A DNA stretch of 64,000 nucleotides from the human T2T-CHM13v2.0 reference genome, Homo sapiens. Location of the stretch: NCBI RefSeq assembly GCF_009914755.1, contig NC_060931.1. One strand, given 5' to 3'. The notes under the pieces are model-generated. The model saw nothing but the letters and a program-made list of their open reading frames with translations, was not told the origin of the DNA and searched no databases. Shown here one piece after another: positions 14,401-29,469 of this stretch. The position numbers and the translations under genes were made by a program. Every line of letters starts with the position of its first letter. The stretch's first letter is position 1.

Positions 14401-16143
14401 AAGTCTCTCTCAAGCCGAGTTTGCTGAAGAGTGTGTTTTGATTGAAGGAAGCTACTCACATCTTCACCCTGGGATGTATTCTAAGTTTCTTTTATAATAA
14501 GGACAGTTCTCAGGAATTACAGGGAGAGGTTGAGGCAGGGGAGCCTAGGCAACCACAGAGCAGGAGATGTAGCCTAACGAGGGTTCCAAAAGGCATGAGA
14601 GTTCTGAAAGGAAGTGCTATGGCATCCCACACACTCCCTTGTTGGATATAATCAGAAAAGGGAAGCTGTGGCCACTGCCGACTCTAGTATAGCCAAGACT
14701 ACAGGAACCAGAGACTATTTCGAGGAAAGAAGTCAGTTCTTTTCAGTATACAGGGACACAGAGCTAGGGCTTCTTAGGAGTTAAGGGTAGAATTTTACCC
14801 ATTGCCTTCTTTAATTGTGGGAACACTTCATTTTTGTGTTGTAATATTTAATTTCCAGGCTTTATAATTTCAGTGCAATTCAACAATTACTTATTAAGTA
14901 CATAGTACACACAGGCCTTTGTATGAGGGCCTTGGAGCCAAAAATGAAGACAGAGATGTTGTTACTGCTTCACATACTTCATAAGCTTAAGCCCTGGCTA
15001 TGTCATTCATATAAATGAATGGCATATAAAGAAATACTCATTTATTTATGTATTCATCAAATACGTATTGAGTTTATTAATTCTTTCAATTATTCAATGT
15101 GCCTATTAGGTCCTACGCAATGAATTATACTGTAGGTGCAGAAAGAAAATAGGATCTTAAGTTTGCCCTGCAATATAGTGTAGTAAGAACAATAATAGTT
15201 TAGAGACTGGTGTTGGATCATTCAGGAGCCTTTCAAGATATTTTGGTTAATTAATTACATCTCAGATAGTGTTATTTACCTGGAGGCATTAAAGATGTTT
15301 CACATCCTGAGCAACTCACCCTCTTTGCTTCTGGGCCAACACGTATCTGAGCCAACAGGTAGGAGACCATCAGAGCGTGATGCTCTGCCTCTTAACTCAT
15401 CAAGTTTTTAGAGTTCAAAAGCAGTCACAGAGTCTGAAGCAGCACTAAATGGGGTGGGACATTCTCCCTGGAGATCCTAGAGGCATGTCAAACTAGGATT
15501 TTTCTCTTCTGCAAGCCCTATTCCTTACCCTCTCATCTTCTCAACCTCTTTGAGTTCTCAAGGCATACAGATTCACTTCCTGGGGACAAGCTTCTTCCAT
15601 CCCAAAGCCAGAGGCCATGTCTAGCCTCCGCAGTGGGAGAATTCTGAAATGTGCTGTGCTGTGCAAGTTAACTTGTTCTCAGTTGGGATGGAGGCACTAA
15701 TTGGCCAGTCTATCTGTTCCTACAGCATTACCTCTCTTTATAATGATTATCAATGAGAGTTCTGCTTGTAAGGAGATAATCAGGGAATGACAATGTTCTC
15801 TTCCTCTGGCAATCAGTCTATTGCAGAGGAAGGCTTGTGAACCTAGGCACAGATTTAGGACCCATGGGAAGCTCTTTCAATGGGAAAAAGTCCAAGGCTG
15901 TAGCCACAGATCACCCCTTAGTCAGCAGCCTGCTTTTCCCCTCAGTCTCTCAGGGAAGTGGTAAGTGTGGATGACAAGTTCACTAAATCCAATCTGATTT
16001 GCATCCTTCCTTTCTTCTATTCATCGGACTTCCATCAGACTTCTATTCCATCAGACTTCCTGTTCTCAAACTCACTGAGTGAGATACTCGTTGAAATATT
16101 TATTTTTAGGATTTTCTAGCTATAAAAATGCTGGCTTGCTGTC

Positions 16144-18448
16144 TGATATGGTTAGGCTTTTTGTCCCCACCCAAATCTCATCTTGAATTAAATCCCCATA
16201 ATCCCCATAATACCCACATGTCAAGGGAGAGACCAGGTGGAGGTAATTGGATCATGGGGACAGTTTCCCCCATGCTGTTCTTGTGATAATGAGTGAGTTC
16301 TCATGAGATCTGATGGTTTTATAAGTGTTTGGTAGTTCCTCCTGCATTCATTCTCCTTCCTGCCATCTTGTAAAGAAGGTGCCTTGCTTCCTTTTTGCCT
16401 TTTGCCATGATTATGTTTCCTGAGGCATCCCCAGCCATGCTGAACTGTGAGTCAATTAAACCTCTTTCCTTTATAAATTACCCAGTTCTGGGCAGTTCTT
16501 TATAGCAGTGTGAAAATGGACTAATACAGTAAATTGGTACCAGTAGAGTGGGGTACTGGTATAAAGATACCTGAAAATGTGGAAGTGACATTGGAACTGG
16601 GTAACAGGCAGGCAGAGGTTGGAACAGTTTGAAGGGCTCAGAAGAAGACAGGAAGATGTGGGAAAGTTTGGAACTTCCTAGAGATTTGTTGAATGGCTTT
16701 GACCAAATGCTGATAGTGATATGAAAAATGAAGTCCAAGCTAAGGTGGTCTCAGATGGAGATGAGGAACTTCTTAGGAACTGGAATAAAGGTGACTCTTG
16801 CTGGGCTTTCACAAAGAGAATGGTGACATTTTGCCCCTGCCCTAGAGATCTGTGGAACTTTGAGCTTGAGACAGATAACTTAGGGTATCTGGCAGATGAA
16901 ATTTCTAAGCAGCAAAGCATTCAAATGGTGACTTGGGTGCTCTTAAAAGCATTCAGTTTTATGCATTCACAAAGAGATGGTTTGGAAATGGAACTTATGT
17001 TTAAAAGGGAAGCGGAGCATAAAAGTTTGGAAATTTTGCAGGCTGCTGATGTGATAGAAAAGAAAAACCCATTTTCTGAGGAGAAATTCATGCTGGCTGC
17101 AGAAATTTGCATAAGTAACAAGGAGCCAAATGTTAATTGCCAAGGCAATGGGAAAAATGTCTCCAGGGCATGTCAGAGGCTTCATGGCAGCCCCTCCCAT
17201 CACAGGCCCAGAGGCCTCGGAGGGGAAAATGATTTTGTGAGCTGGGCCCAAGGCCTTGCTGCTTTGTGCAGTCTCAGGACTTGGTGCCCTGTGTCCCAGG
17301 CATGGCTAAAAGGGGCCAAAATACAGCTCAGGCCATTGCTTCAGAGGGTGCCGGCGCCAATCCTTGGCAGCTTACACGTGGTGGTGGGCCTGCAGGCTCA
17401 CAGAAGTCAAGAATTGAGGTTTGGTGATTTCAGAGGATGTATGGAAATGCCTGGATGCCCAGGCAGAAGTTTGCTGCAGGGGTGGAGCCCTCATGGAGAA
17501 CCTCTGCTAGGGCATTGTGAAAGGAAAATATGGGGTCAGAGCCCCCACACAGAGTCCCCACTGTGGCACTGCCTAGTGGAGCTGTGAGAAGAGGGCCACT
17601 GCCCTCCAGGCCCCAGAATGGTAGATCCACTGACAGTTTGCACTGTACACCTAGAAAAGCTGCAGACACTCAATTCCAGCCCATGAAAGCAGCTAGGAGG
17701 GGGACTGTACCCTGTAAAGACACAGGGGCAGAGCTGCCCAAGGCCATGGTAACCCACCTCTTGCATCAGTATGACCTGGATGTGAGACATGGAGTCAAAG
17801 GAGATTATTTCAGAGCTTTAAGATTTGACTACCCTGCTGGATTTCAGACTTGCATGGGGCCTGTATCCCCTTCATTTTGGGCAATTTCTCCCATTTGAAA
17901 TGGGTGTATTTACCCAATGCCTGTACCCCAATTTTATCTTGGAAGTAACTAACTTACTTTTGATTTTACAGCCTCCTAGGCAGAAGGGACTTGCCTCGTC
18001 TCAGATGAGACTTTGGACTTGGACTTTTGGGTTAATGTTGGAATGAATTAAGACTTTGGTGGACTGTTGAGAAAGCATGATTGGTTTTGAAATGTGAAAG
18101 GAACATGAGATTTGGGAGGGGCCATGGAATGATATGGTTAGCCTTTGTGTCCCCACCCAAATCTCATCTTGAATTATAATCCCCATAATCCACATATGTC
18201 AAGGGAGAGAACAGGTGGAGGTAATTGGATCATGGGGGCGAAGTGTTTGGTATTTCCTTCTGCATTCATTGGCCTTCCTACCACCTTGTGAAGAAGGTGC
18301 CTTGCTTCCCCTTTGCCTTCTGCCATGATTATAAGTTTCCTGAGGCATCCCCAGCCATGCTGAACTGTGAGTCAATTAAACCTCTATCCTTTATAAATTA
18401 TCCAGTTTTGGGCAGTTCTTTATAGCAGTGTGAAAACAGACTAATACA
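16144..18448 (+). mobile_element. Two-LTR THE1D MaLR element: 5'LTR 16144-16528, internal 16529-18129, 3'LTR 18130-18448
   Basis: Both LTRs start TGATATGG and end CTAATACA, contain gtttcctgaggc.tccccagccatg and an ATTAAA signal; 5-bp TSD ctgtc/ttgtc; ~1.6-kb internal region. Confidence 0.92.
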
Positions 18449-18710
18449 TTGTCCTAATCATAACTACCTCTCTGGTTAATAACAAGAATTAGAGGACTTC
18501 ATTCATTAGGCAACAACTTACAAAAACTCCCTGAGGAAAATGTGCCATGCAGAAGCATCTACAATCCACTCCACCTGGCCTAGTAGCTGAGAAGTAGTCA
18601 CAACTGCTGCCAAGGAGGCCAGAATGCTGATCATAGCTGACAATCTATAGGGCTTTACAATTTAGAAAGCACTCTCATACCCATGATTTATGTGATCCAT
18701 ACAAGAAGTT

Positions 18711-19608
18711 TGTGGCAGGCGTGTTTGATGATTATTCCTAAATCCACACCCCTTTGCTACATCACTTTGCAGTTCCTTCCATCAAGAGGTGGAGTCTATT
18801 TCTTAAGCTTTTGTCTGTGGGGCTAGTCTCATGACTTGCTGTGGCTAATAGATGTTGTAGAAGTGATATTATGCCAACTCCAAGTCTATTAGTCTGCTCG
18901 AGCTGCCAAAACAAAATATCACAGACTGGGTGGCTTAAACAACAGACATTTATTTTCTCACAGTTCTAGAGGCTAGAAGTCCAAATTCAAGGTGCCATTA
19001 TTGCTGATTTCTAGTAAGACCTCTCTTCCTGGTTTGAAGATGGCTGCCTTCTCACTGTGTCCTCGTGTGGTCTTTCCTCTCTGTGTGTGCTGAGAGAGAG
19101 ATCCCTGATGACTTTTCCTCTTATAAGGCCACTAGTTCTATCGGATCAAGGCCCCATTTTTATGGCTTCATTTTACCTTTACTATCTTCTTATAGGCCCT
19201 ATATCCAAATACAGCCACTTTGGGGGTTAAGGCTTCAATATAGGAATTTTGGGATGACACAATGCTGTTTATAACACCAAATCCAGGCTTCAAAGGGTCT
19301 TGTCAGCCTCCACTCTCTCTTCGGACCCTACCTCCAACTTTAGATGGGTCTGGGCTAGCCCACTGGAAGAGAGAGACCACATGAAGCCAAGACCAGCTGT
19401 CCCTCTGAGGCCACCTGAGACTAGTTGGCCACCAACCAACCTGGGCACTCATTGAAGATGCTTGAGACAGCCTACATGAGACCAGAACCATCCAGTTGAG
19501 CCCTCTCCAAATCGGTGATTTGCAGAATTGTGCAAAAAAATTAATTGGTGGCATTTTAAGCCACTAAGTTTGGGGGGTGGTTTGTCAAAAAGCAGAATCT
19601 AACTTATT
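18711..19608 (+). mobile_element. Old MLT1-family LTR, interrupted by a younger MLT1
   Basis: MLT1-like blocks (ccatcaagaggtggagtctatttc; ttttaagccactaagtttggggg.tggtttgt..agcag); boundaries approximate. Confidence 0.65.
18885..19276 (-). mobile_element. MLT1A/B-like LTR
   Basis: tattagtctgctc..gctgcc.aaacaaaata.cacagactgggtggcttaaacaacaga...ataaca; TSD ccaag/ccaaa. Confidence 0.8.
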
Positions 19609-20096
19609 TGGCAGATACTACTTTTCTCTGCATGTTTTTGATGAAATATGGAATCTCCAAGAAATTAAGTGATTACTCAAGGTTTCATGGCTAGTAAGTC
19701 CTAAAAAGTTGAGTCTTGATCTTGGGAGGAGCCAAGATGGCCGAATAGGAACAGCTCCGGTCTACAGCTCCCAGCGTGAGCGACGCAGAAGATGGGTGAT
19801 TTCTGCATTTCCATCTGAGGTACCGGGTTCATCTCACTAGGGAGCGCCAGACAGTGGGCGCAGGTCAGTGGGTGCGCGCACCGTGCACCAGCCGAAGCAG
19901 GGTGAGGCATTGCCTCACTTGGGAAGCGCAAGGGGTCAGGGAGTTCCCTTTCCGAGTCAAAGAAACGGGCGACGGATGCACCTGAAAAATCAGGTCACTC
20001 CACCCGAATATTGCGCTTTTCGGACCGGCTTAAAAAACGGCACATCACGAGATTATATCCCGCACCTGGCTCGGAGGGTCCTATGCCCACGGGGTC

Positions 20097-20171
20097 TCAC
20101 TGATTGCTAGCACAGCAGTCTGAGATCAAACTGCAAGGCGGCAGCGAGGCTGGGGGAGGGGTGCCCGCCAT
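20097..20171 (-). pseudogene. L1 ORF0 truncated after 24 codons
   Basis: MAGTPPPASLPPCSLISDCCASNQ then TGA where I recall an Arg codon. Confidence 0.75.
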
Positions 20172-20626
20172 TGCCCAGGCTTGCTTAGGTAAACAAAGCA
20201 GCCGGGAAGCTCGAACTGGGTGGAGCCCACCACAGCTCAAGGAGGCCTGCCTGCCTCTGTAGGCTCCACCTCCGGGGGCAGGGCACAGACAAACAAAAGG
20301 ACAGCAGTAACCTCTGCAGACTTAAATGTCCCTGTCTGACAGCTTTGAAGAGAGCAGTGGTTCTCCCAGCACGCAGCTGGAGATCTGAGAACAGGCAGAC
20401 TGCCTCCTCAAGTGGGTCCCTGACCCCTGACCCCCGAGCAGCCTAACTGGGAGGCACCCCCCAGCAGGGGCACACTGACACCTCACACGGCAGGGTATTC
20501 CAACAGACCTGCAGCTGAGGGTCCTGTCTGTTAGAAGGAAAACTAACAAACAGAAAGGACATCCACACCAAAAACCCATCTGTACATCACCATCATCAAA
20601 GACCAAAAGTAGATAAAACCACAAAG

Positions 20627-21641
20627 ATGGGGAAAAAACAGAACAGAAAAACTGGAAACTCTAAAACGCAGAGCGCCTCTCCTCCTCCAAAGGAACGCAG
20701 TTCCTCACCAGCAACAGAACAAAGCTGGATGGAGAATGACTTTGACGAGCTGAGAGAAGAAGTCTTCAGACGATCAAATTACTCTGAGCTACGGGAGGAC
20801 ATTCAAACCAAAGGCAAAGAAGTTGAAAACTTTGAAAAAAATTTAGAAGAATGTATAACTAGAATAACCAATACAGAGAAGTGCTTACGAGCTGATGGAG
20901 CTGAAAACCAAGGCTCGAGAACTACGTGAAGAATGCAGAAGCCTCAGGAGCCGATGCGATCAACTGGAAGAAAGGGTATCAGTGATGGAAGATGAAATGA
21001 ATGAAATGAAGCGAGAAGGGAAGTTTAGAGAAAAAGGAATAAAAAGAAATGAGCAAAGCCTCCAAGAAATATGGGACTATGTGAAAAGACCAAATCTACG
21101 TCTGATTGGTGTACCTGAAAGTGATAGGGAGAATGGAACCAAGTTGGAAAACACTCTGCAGGATATTATCCAGGAGAACTTCCCCAATCTAGCAAGGCAG
21201 GCCAACGTTCAGATTCAGGAAATACAGAGAACGCCACAAAGATACTCCTCGAGAAGAGCAACTCCAAGACACATAATTGTCAGATTCACCAAAGTTGAAA
21301 TGAAGGAAAAAATGTTAAGGGCAGCCAGAGAGAAAGGTCGGGTTACCCTCAAAGGGAAGCCCATCAGACTAACAGCGGATCTCTCGGCAGAAACCCTACA
21401 AGCCAGAAGAGAGTGGGGGCCAATATTCAACATTCTTAAAGAAAAGAATTTTCAACCCAGAATTTCATATCCAGCCAAACTAAGCTTCATAAGTGAAGGA
21501 GAAATAAAATACTTTACAGACAAGCAAATGCTGAGACATTTTGTCACCACCAGGCCTGCCCTAAAAGAGCTCCTGAAGGAAGCGCTAAACATGGAAAGGA
21601 ACAACCAGTACCAGCCGCTGCAAAATCATGCCAAAATGTAA
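20627..21641 (+). pseudogene. L1 ORF1, frameshifted (net -2 nt near 20888)
   Basis: Split into 20627-20929 (100 aa) and 20895-21641 (248 aa); total span 1015 nt against 1017 for a 338-aa ORF1; tgcttaCgag where the recalled consensus is tgcttaAAGgag. Confidence 0.93.
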
Positions 21642-21680
21642 AGACCATCGAGACTAGGAAGAAACTGCATCAACTAATGA

Positions 21681-25532
<3,852 letters not shown>

Positions 25533-25795
25533 ACAATGAGATCACATGGACACAGGAAGGGGAATATCACACTCTGGGGACTGTGGTGGGGTGGGGGGAG
25601 GGGGGAGGGATAGCACTGGGAGATATACGTAATGCTAGATGACGAGTTAGTGGGTGCAGTGCACCAGCATGGCAAATGTATACATATGTAACTAACCTGC
25701 ACAATGTGCACATGTACCCTAAAACTTAAAGTATAATAAAAAAAAAAAAAAGTTGAGTCTTCTGAATTCAAATCCTTTGTGGATTTCTGGAGGGT

Positions 25796-26109
25796 TTTTT
25801 TTTTGTTGTTGTTGTTTGGGTTTTCTTGAGATAAGGTCTCCCTCTGTCATCTGGCTGGAGTGCAGTGGCACAACCTCAGCTCACTGCAACCTCTGCCTCC
25901 CGGGGTTCAAACGATTCTCATGCCTCAGACTCTTGAGTAACTAGGACCACAGGTGACCACTACCACGCCTGGTTAATTTTTGTATTTTTAGTAGAGCTGG
26001 GGTTTCGCCATGTTGGTCAGGCTGGTCTTGAACTCCTGGCCTCAAAGTGATCTGCGCACCTTGGCCTCCCAAAGTGCTGGGATCACAGGCATGACCCACT
26101 GCTCCTGGA
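25796..26109 (-). mobile_element. Alu (AluS)
   Basis: T/GTT tail followed by reverse Alu dimer, about 35 nt after the L1 TSD. Confidence 0.9.
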
Positions 26110-26952
26110 TGGTTTTGTTCTGTTTTGTTTTCATTAGCCTCTAATTCTGCTCCAAAAATGATCAACTCAGAGTCTGGAAACACAAAGACATTGAAATGGG
26201 GCAATTTATGATGAGGCCTTTTCTGACAAATTGATTCCTAATGGACTTTAGAGTGAGTGTGTTGTGAATGTGTGTATTTGAATGTGTGAGTGTGTGTGTG
26301 TGCAAGCACTTACCTATATTTCCTCTTAAGGATACAGACTCAGGGTTTATCAGGCTCTTTGATGCCAAATGCCAGAAGGTCACCACTGAGACTTACCAAG
26401 TAACTGCATGTTTGTTTATGCAGAACCTTGTGAGCAGTGAATAGCTTTATTGGCTGTGATGGATTTGGGGCTTGCAAGTTTATATCAGCCTGATGGGGAT
26501 AGCCTCCGGGAAAGAGTGGGCATGTGTTTCAATATGTTCCTTAGCAATAGACCTCAGAGAGAGTTTCTCAATCTCTCCATGATATGCTGAAGGCTGTTGT
26601 AGAAGCTGAGGTCAGGAATAGATCAAGGGTGTAGAGACACACAACAGGGTTGGAAGATGATTGCTGTTTGAGAAGAGTGACAGACAAGGACAATGAAGGG
26701 GAAGCTTGAGCCCTGGGACTCATCATTCCCGTAAGACTTCCCTTGTACTCCAGCCCATGGAGCTCTCTGCCTTCACTAACAGGCATAACCCCAGCCTCCT
26801 ATTGTAAAATCTTTGGCTTATTTCCAATATTCTGCTCTTTAAGGCAATGCTAGATAGAATAATTTGAACATAGATTTTGCAACTGATAAGTTTATCTGTA
26901 AAATTAAATTCTAGAAGAAGGTATCCTAGGTCAAAGAGTACAGATTTCACAG

Positions 26953-27326
26953 TTTTGTTTTGTTTTGTTTTGTTTTTGAGACAGAGTCTTGCTCTGTCAC
27001 CCAGGCTGGAGTGCAGTGGCATGATCATGGCTCACTGCAGTCTCAACCTCTCAGGCTCAATCAATCCTCCCAAATCAGCCTCCCAAGTAGCTGGGACTAC
27101 AGGTGCATACCAGCATTTCTGGCTACTTTTTGTCCTTTTTGGAAGGCAGCTATGCTAACCACTACACCACCAACACCTCTGCACCTCTACTATTTTTAGT
27201 AGAAATGGGGTTTCACTATCTCTACTTCACAACCCAGACTGTTCTCAAACTCCTGGGCTCAAGTGACCTGGCTGCCTCGGCCTCCCAAAGTGCTGGGATT
27301 ATAGGCGTTAGCCACTGTGCCTGGCC
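26953..27326 (-). mobile_element. AluJ-like element with a ~50-nt insert in its middle linker
   Basis: (TTTTG)n tail, J-type arms, degenerate TSD acagattt; linker interrupted at 27141-27190. Confidence 0.9.
27139..27176 (-). pseudogene. 5' half of tRNA-Gly(TCC), retroposed fragment
   Basis: Minus strand GTGTTGGTGGTGTAGTGGTTAGCATAGCTGCCTTCCAA matches the recalled tRNA-Gly-TCC 5' end (GCGTTGGTGGTATAGTGGTTAGCATAGCTGCCTTCCAA) at 36/38 and stops at the end of the anticodon loop. Confidence 0.9.
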
Positions 27327-27754
27327 CACAGATTTTTATAGATAAATTTTATTGATATTGTCACATTGTATCTATAAGGGTTGTACTCATTTACAGCACT
27401 CACAAGCAATGTACAAAAGAGCTGTTTCCTCATACCCTTGCCAAATAGAGTCTTATCAAACTTTTGGATTTTAACTACTTAATAGGTAAAAAATGGTATA
27501 TATCTTGAGTAGTTATAATTTGCATTTCTATTATAGGTGAGCTTCAGCATCTCTTGGAACATTTCTATATCTTTTTATGTGAACTCTGTTGATATTCTTT
27601 GTGTGTTTTTGACCATGTTATTGGTTTAATTGGTCTCTAATTATGAGACATATGCTAGTCTTATTTATCCGACTAGATTGCTTTTTAATCACATTTATGT
27701 TATGACATTATTGCGTTATTATATTCTTCAACTCTCATGATATGGTTTTGGGGG

Positions 27755-27758
<4 letters not shown>

Positions 27759-27808
<50 letters not shown>
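27759..27808. repeat. (TG)~25 microsatellite
   Basis: Perfect TG run. Confidence 0.97.
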
Positions 27809-27810
<2 letters not shown>

Positions 27811-27944
27811 AAGGATTTATTATGGATATCCAACCAGATTTTAGTTCCCTAAGTACAGGACCAGTGAATTATGTTTATTTCTTTGGCTTACTGAATGAGG
27901 GAGAACAGAAGAACTGAATGTTACCTGGAGACTGGGATCTCACC

Positions 27945-28398
27945 TGTAGTGGATGGAATGGACCTAAAAAAGATATGTCCTAACCTCCAGAACCTGTGAA
28001 TAAGGCCTTATTTGGGAAAAAGGTTTTTGCAGTTATAATTAAGTTAAGGATCTTGAGATTATCCTGGATTACCTAGGTGGGTCCTGGATAATCATTCACA
28101 TACACTCAGTCAACTAATTGCCACTGCTGAGGAAACACAGAAACAGCAAAGGGGCAAAGACCAGGTGAAGAGGAAGGGCAGAGACTGGAGTTAGGAGTCA
28201 GAGCCCCAAGGGCACCTGGAGTCCCCAGTGCCTGAAAGAGGCCAGGAAGGCTGTTCCCTTGTATCCTCCAGAGGCAGCATGGCCCTGCCAACACCTTGAT
28301 TTTAGACTTTTGGCCTCCGGAACTGTGCGAATAAACTGTGTTTTTTTAAGCCACCAGTTAGTGATCATTTGTTTTGGCAGCCACAGGAAACAAATACA
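27945..28398 (+). mobile_element. MLT1B/C-like solo LTR
   Basis: tgtagtgg...gaacctgtgaat...ggccctgccaacaccttgattttagactt...ggaaacaaataca; TSD tcacc/tcatc. Confidence 0.82.
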
Positions 28399-29469
28399 TC
28401 ATCTTTAGCTCCTGTGGTCCCTCCCTATCACATCAAGTGAATACACGTTACTCTGCTGACTGTTGTGAGAGGAGGAGAGGAAGGAAGGATGTACAGAAAG
28501 CATAAGAGAAGAGGGAAAAGATGGGACTGGAGTGGGGTAGAGAATGTCAAAGAGAGGAGAAGAAAGAAGAGAGGAAGAAAAAAATGAAACAAAAACGAGC
28601 AATGAGGTAAAAATGGGTTGCTGTCTGCTCAGACCCTTTGAGCTTCTCTTTGTCCTCATCGGTCCACACACAGCCTCTCTTCCTTCTTTCCCTCAGCCTC
28701 CCCCAGCCCCCCATGCACCTGCCACACTAAGCAAGTTCATTTTTGTGCTGTTCTGACTTCCTGTCCCATCCCACGTTCTGCTTTCCAATCTGCAGGCGCC
28801 AGTGAGAGGGGAAGAAGCCTGAGCAGAGGGTCTTGCTCACCCAGAAAGTTCCGCTCCACATCCCAACAATCACCCTAAAGAGAAGCCAGGGGACCCGGGC
28901 CACTCGCCAATGCAGGGTCTCCTGGGCTCAGGCAGATACCCGAAACTTGCCACCTCAAGCACCCACTTGGAATGCTTCTGCTGTCACATCACTCTGCTCT
29001 ATCTGCCACCCACAACCCAAGTAAGTTAAACAGAGGAAGTGGCCCAGAACTGCCAAGTGTGCCCTCAGAAAAATCTCCAAAGGCAGAGGTCAGGAGGCTG
29101 TAATCATTTTGGGGATTATCTTCCGGGCTTAAATTGGGGCTTTAAGCTTCTCTGTGCTGCCTCTAGTGGTCACTGGAAGGAATGCTCCTCTGAAGGACGC
29201 AAGGGCTGCTGGAGCAAGGGCAGTTGACTGTTTTGTTTGTTTTTGTTTCTTGTTTTTTTTTTTGTTTTTGTTTTGTTTTGGTTTGGTTTTGCTGTGAACA
29301 ACATGTATGGAACCTAAGTGCCATCCTCTGCCCATTGACTTCATCATTGTTCACAAATTTCTCACACACTTTTTGAAAAATTCCCTGGGTTTTCATCTAG
29401 GCATTTTTGATCATTTTTTCAGAGAGGATTTTTAAGCCTTCTTAAAGAATCTCCCATTTTGTGATCTTC

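Noticed and set aside
25762-26109. 3' transduction downstream of the L1
   Set aside because: The TSD follows the poly-A directly; the downstream Alu lies outside the TSD
27139-27176. Functional tRNA-Gly gene
   Set aside because: Only the 5' 38 nt are present; no T-arm/B-box or 3' acceptor strand
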